This document shows, piece by piece, positions 61,324 through 64,000 of a stretch of DNA of 64,000 nt. The number at the start of each line of letters is the position of its first letter. The stretch's first letter is position 1. Both the position numbers and the translations under genes were made by a program. A model generated the notes under the pieces. The model was not told the DNA's origin and ran no database searches. It worked only from the letters and a program-made list of their open reading frames with translations. Source of the DNA: Eledone cirrhosa (Eukaryota); assembly GCA_964016885.1 (NCBI GenBank), contig CAXHJY010001257.1:124001-188000 (forward strand), in the 5' to 3' direction.

Positions 61324-62337
61324 CAGTTGACCTATACTAAAGGGCTTCACTGATAGGGTTATATGTTATAATTTCCCTGTTGACCTATATTAAAGGGCTT
61401 CACTGATAGGGTTACATGTTATAATTTCCCTGTTGACCTATACTAAAGGGCTTCACTGATAGGGTTACATGTTATAATTTCCCTGTTGACCTATACTAAA
61501 GGGCTTCACTGATAGGGTTACATGTTATAATTTCCCAGTTGACCTATACTAAAGGGCTTCACTGATAGGGTTATATATGTTATAATTTCCCAGTTGACCT
61601 ATACTAAAGGGCTTCACTGATAGGGTTATATGTTATAATTTCCCAGTTGACCTATACTAAAGGGTTTCACTGATAGGGTTATGTGTTATAATTCCCCAGT
61701 TGACCTATACTAAAGGGCTTCACTGATAGGGTTATATGTTATAATTTCCCAGTTGACCTATACTAAAGGGCTTCACTGATAGGGTTATATGTTATAATTT
61801 CCTAGTTGACCTATACTAAAGGACTTCACTGATAGGGTTATATGTTATAATTTCCCAGTTGACCTATACTAAAGGGCTTCACTGATAGGGTTATATGTTA
61901 TAATTTCCCAGTTCACCTATACTAAAGGGTTTCACTGATAGGGTTATATGTTATAATTTCCCTGTTGACCTATACTAAAGGGCTTCACTGATAGGGTTAT
62001 GTTATAATTTCCCAGTTGACCTATACTAAAGGGTTTCACTGATAGTGTTATATGTGTTATAATTTCCCAGTTGACCTATACTAAAGGGCTTCACTGATAG
62101 GGTTATATGTTATAATTTCCCAGTTGACCTATACTAAAGGGTTTCACTGATAGGGTTATATGTTATAATTTCCCAGTTGACCTATACTAAAGGGTTTCAC
62201 TGATAGGGTTATATGTTATAATTTCCCTGTTGACCTATACTAAAGGGCTTCACTGATAGGGTTATATGTGTTATAATTTCCCAGTTGACCTATACTAAAG
62301 GGTTTCACTGATAGGGTTATATGTTATAATTTCACAG
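61324..62337 (+). repeat. 53-bp minisatellite, about 19 copies
   Basis: Unit gttgacctatactaaagggcttcactgatagggttatatgttataatttccca. Confidence 0.95.
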
Positions 62338-62588
62338 AACCTGTGCACCAATTTACAGGAAACTTGTTTTATCCCATTTGTATTCCCATTTCAGGGGCAA
62401 CTTCCTTTCAAAGTATTTTCCCATTATGCCCCGTTTTGGCTGTATTATATTACAGAGAAGCAAGCAAGCAATCACAGAGTTTTAGTAGTATATAGATAGA
62501 TATATGTTGTTGTGACAGCTCACACCTTTGCAGGTTTAGCTGGCCTCCCCCAAGGTATATCTCGTTAGAGGTATCTTGGGTAATTTAA

Positions 62589-62757
62589 TGATAGGGACCC
62601 CAGTCCTATCATCTCATTTCTACAGCTGAGTAAACTGTAGCAATGTGAAATAAAGTGTCTTGCTCAAGGAAACAACACATCACTCGGTCTGAGAATTGAA
62701 CTCACAACCTTTCGATTGCAAGGCCAATGCTCTAACCATTAAACCATGCGCCTTCAC
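62589..62757 (-). mobile_element. SINE family A, 5' half
   Basis: Reverse complement of the head and core of the 50168 copy. Confidence 0.85.
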
Positions 62758-62822
62758 ATATATTACTGGAATTTTATAAGAATCCAGCTTCTATAATTTT
62801 TGGTGAAAGCATGGGAGTACAT

Positions 62823-62864
62823 GGCTCTGATGAACGGCAACAAGCGTGAAACAGACTGTCAGCT
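62823..62864 (+). ncRNA. Minimal type I hammerhead motif
   Basis: ggct-CTGATGA-acggcaacaagcgt-GAAA-cagactg-TC^agct. Confidence 0.6.
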
Positions 62865-62960
62865 TCTCTCCCTTTTTTCGCCGAAAAGTGACATAGTCAC
62901 TACTTTAAAACCGTTAGCGTAAGGTCTTCAAAATGTTTTTAATTAAACATACGGTATATT

Positions 62961-63080
62961 GTACTGTCTGTCTAAGGTCCCTGTTGGGTCCTGTATATAT
63001 AAAGCCAGGGAGTACTGTCTGTCTAAGGTCCCTGTTGGGTCCTGTATATATAAAGCCAGGGAGTACTGTCTAAGGTCCCG
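62961..63080. repeat. Short 51-bp tandem repeat (about 2.3 copies)
   Basis: gtactgtctgtctaaggtccctgttgggtcctgtatatataaagccaggga. Confidence 0.85.
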
Positions 63081-63257
63081 GTTGAGACTTGACAGACAGT
63101 AGATCAAGTAATTATAATATTTACTGTGTAAACCATCAATAATAATCATCATCATCATCGTTTAATGTCTATCTTCCACGCTAGCATTAATAATAGTAAT
63201 AGTGGTGATGGTAAGAATATTGATACCAGTGACATATATATACATATATATATGAGT

Positions 63258-63592
63258 GTGAAGGAGCATGGCTTAGTGGTTAGAGCATTGGGCTTACAAT
63301 CGAAAGGTTGTGAGTTCAATTCTCAGACCGGGTGATGTGTTGTTTCCTTGAGCAAGACACTTTATTTCACATTGCTCCAGTTTACTCAGCTGTAGAAATG
63401 AGATGATAGGGACTGGGGTCCCTATCATTCCACTGTAAAGTGGTCGTGGAGGTGCCACGGCAAAAAAGCACCCAGCACTCACTGTAAATGAGGTTGGTGT
63501 TAGGAAGGGCATCCAGCTGTAGAAATCAAGCCAGAGTCAGTTCCCGTCTCACCCTTGCAAGCAGGGAAAAGCGGACGTAAAATGATGATGAT
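63258..63592 (+). mobile_element. Full-length SINE family A
   Basis: A and B boxes, RTE-like 3' end, (GAT)n tail. Confidence 0.9.
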
Positions 63593-63644
63593 ATATATAT
63601 AAATAGTTGTAAAAAGCTGTCAGGTTATATCCGTAGTTGGTAGG

Positions 63645-63950
63645 GCAACTTTATTTCACGTTGCTCCAGTTTACTCAGCTGAAAAATGGGTAGCAGCGAT
63701 AGCTGGGGGTGTAACCCTGCGAATGACTGGCATCCTGTCCAGGGGGGAGTCTTGTACTCTCAGTCGCTTCAGGCCATAAAGCCGGGATAAGCACCGGCCA
63801 AATAAGCCTTCTTAAGACAGACTTTAGACTTATGGCCTGCCTGCCCAGCCAGTGAGATGGCGTCATTGTACGGCTAAAACAGCACGTGTTGTGACCAGTG
63901 GCACCGAGTGGGTCCCGACAGACTGGTTGGTCAAGGTGGAAGGTGATATA
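63645..63950 (+). mobile_element. SINE sharing the family A core but with a different 3' body
   Basis: ctttatttcacgttgctccagtttactcagctg followed by unrelated sequence. Confidence 0.55.
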
Positions 63951-64000
63951 TATATGTGTGTGTGTATATATATATATATGTATATATATATGTGTATATA

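Overview
Eukaryotic, repeat-saturated DNA with no convincing host gene. The mix of (AT)/(CA)/(CT)/(GGT) microsatellites, RTE LINEs with (GAT)n tails and tRNA-derived SINEs resembles an octopod cephalopod genome, which is my inference only. The centre holds two near-identical full-length Tx1-clade non-LTR retrotransposons (31906-37555 and 39051-44701; ORF1 with a CCHC knuckle, ORF2 APE-RT-zinc finger). Both sit at the same nucleotide of a 72-bp satellite (about 28746-45643). That satellite matches the end of a TTAA-flanked MITE, and a copy of the MITE plus an empty-site paralogue lie at about 60441-60640 and 59701. The window also holds two long degenerate RTE LINEs, RTE and CR1 fragments, two SINE families, Tc1-like and hAT-like MITE pieces, and several minisatellites grown out of transposon sequence. 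About nine type-I hammerhead ribozyme motifs of the Penelope pseudo-LTR kind are present, two pairs of them in inverted repeats and one family with a greatly extended helix II. Most ORFs in the track are translations of simple repeats. All coordinates and alignments were read by eye.
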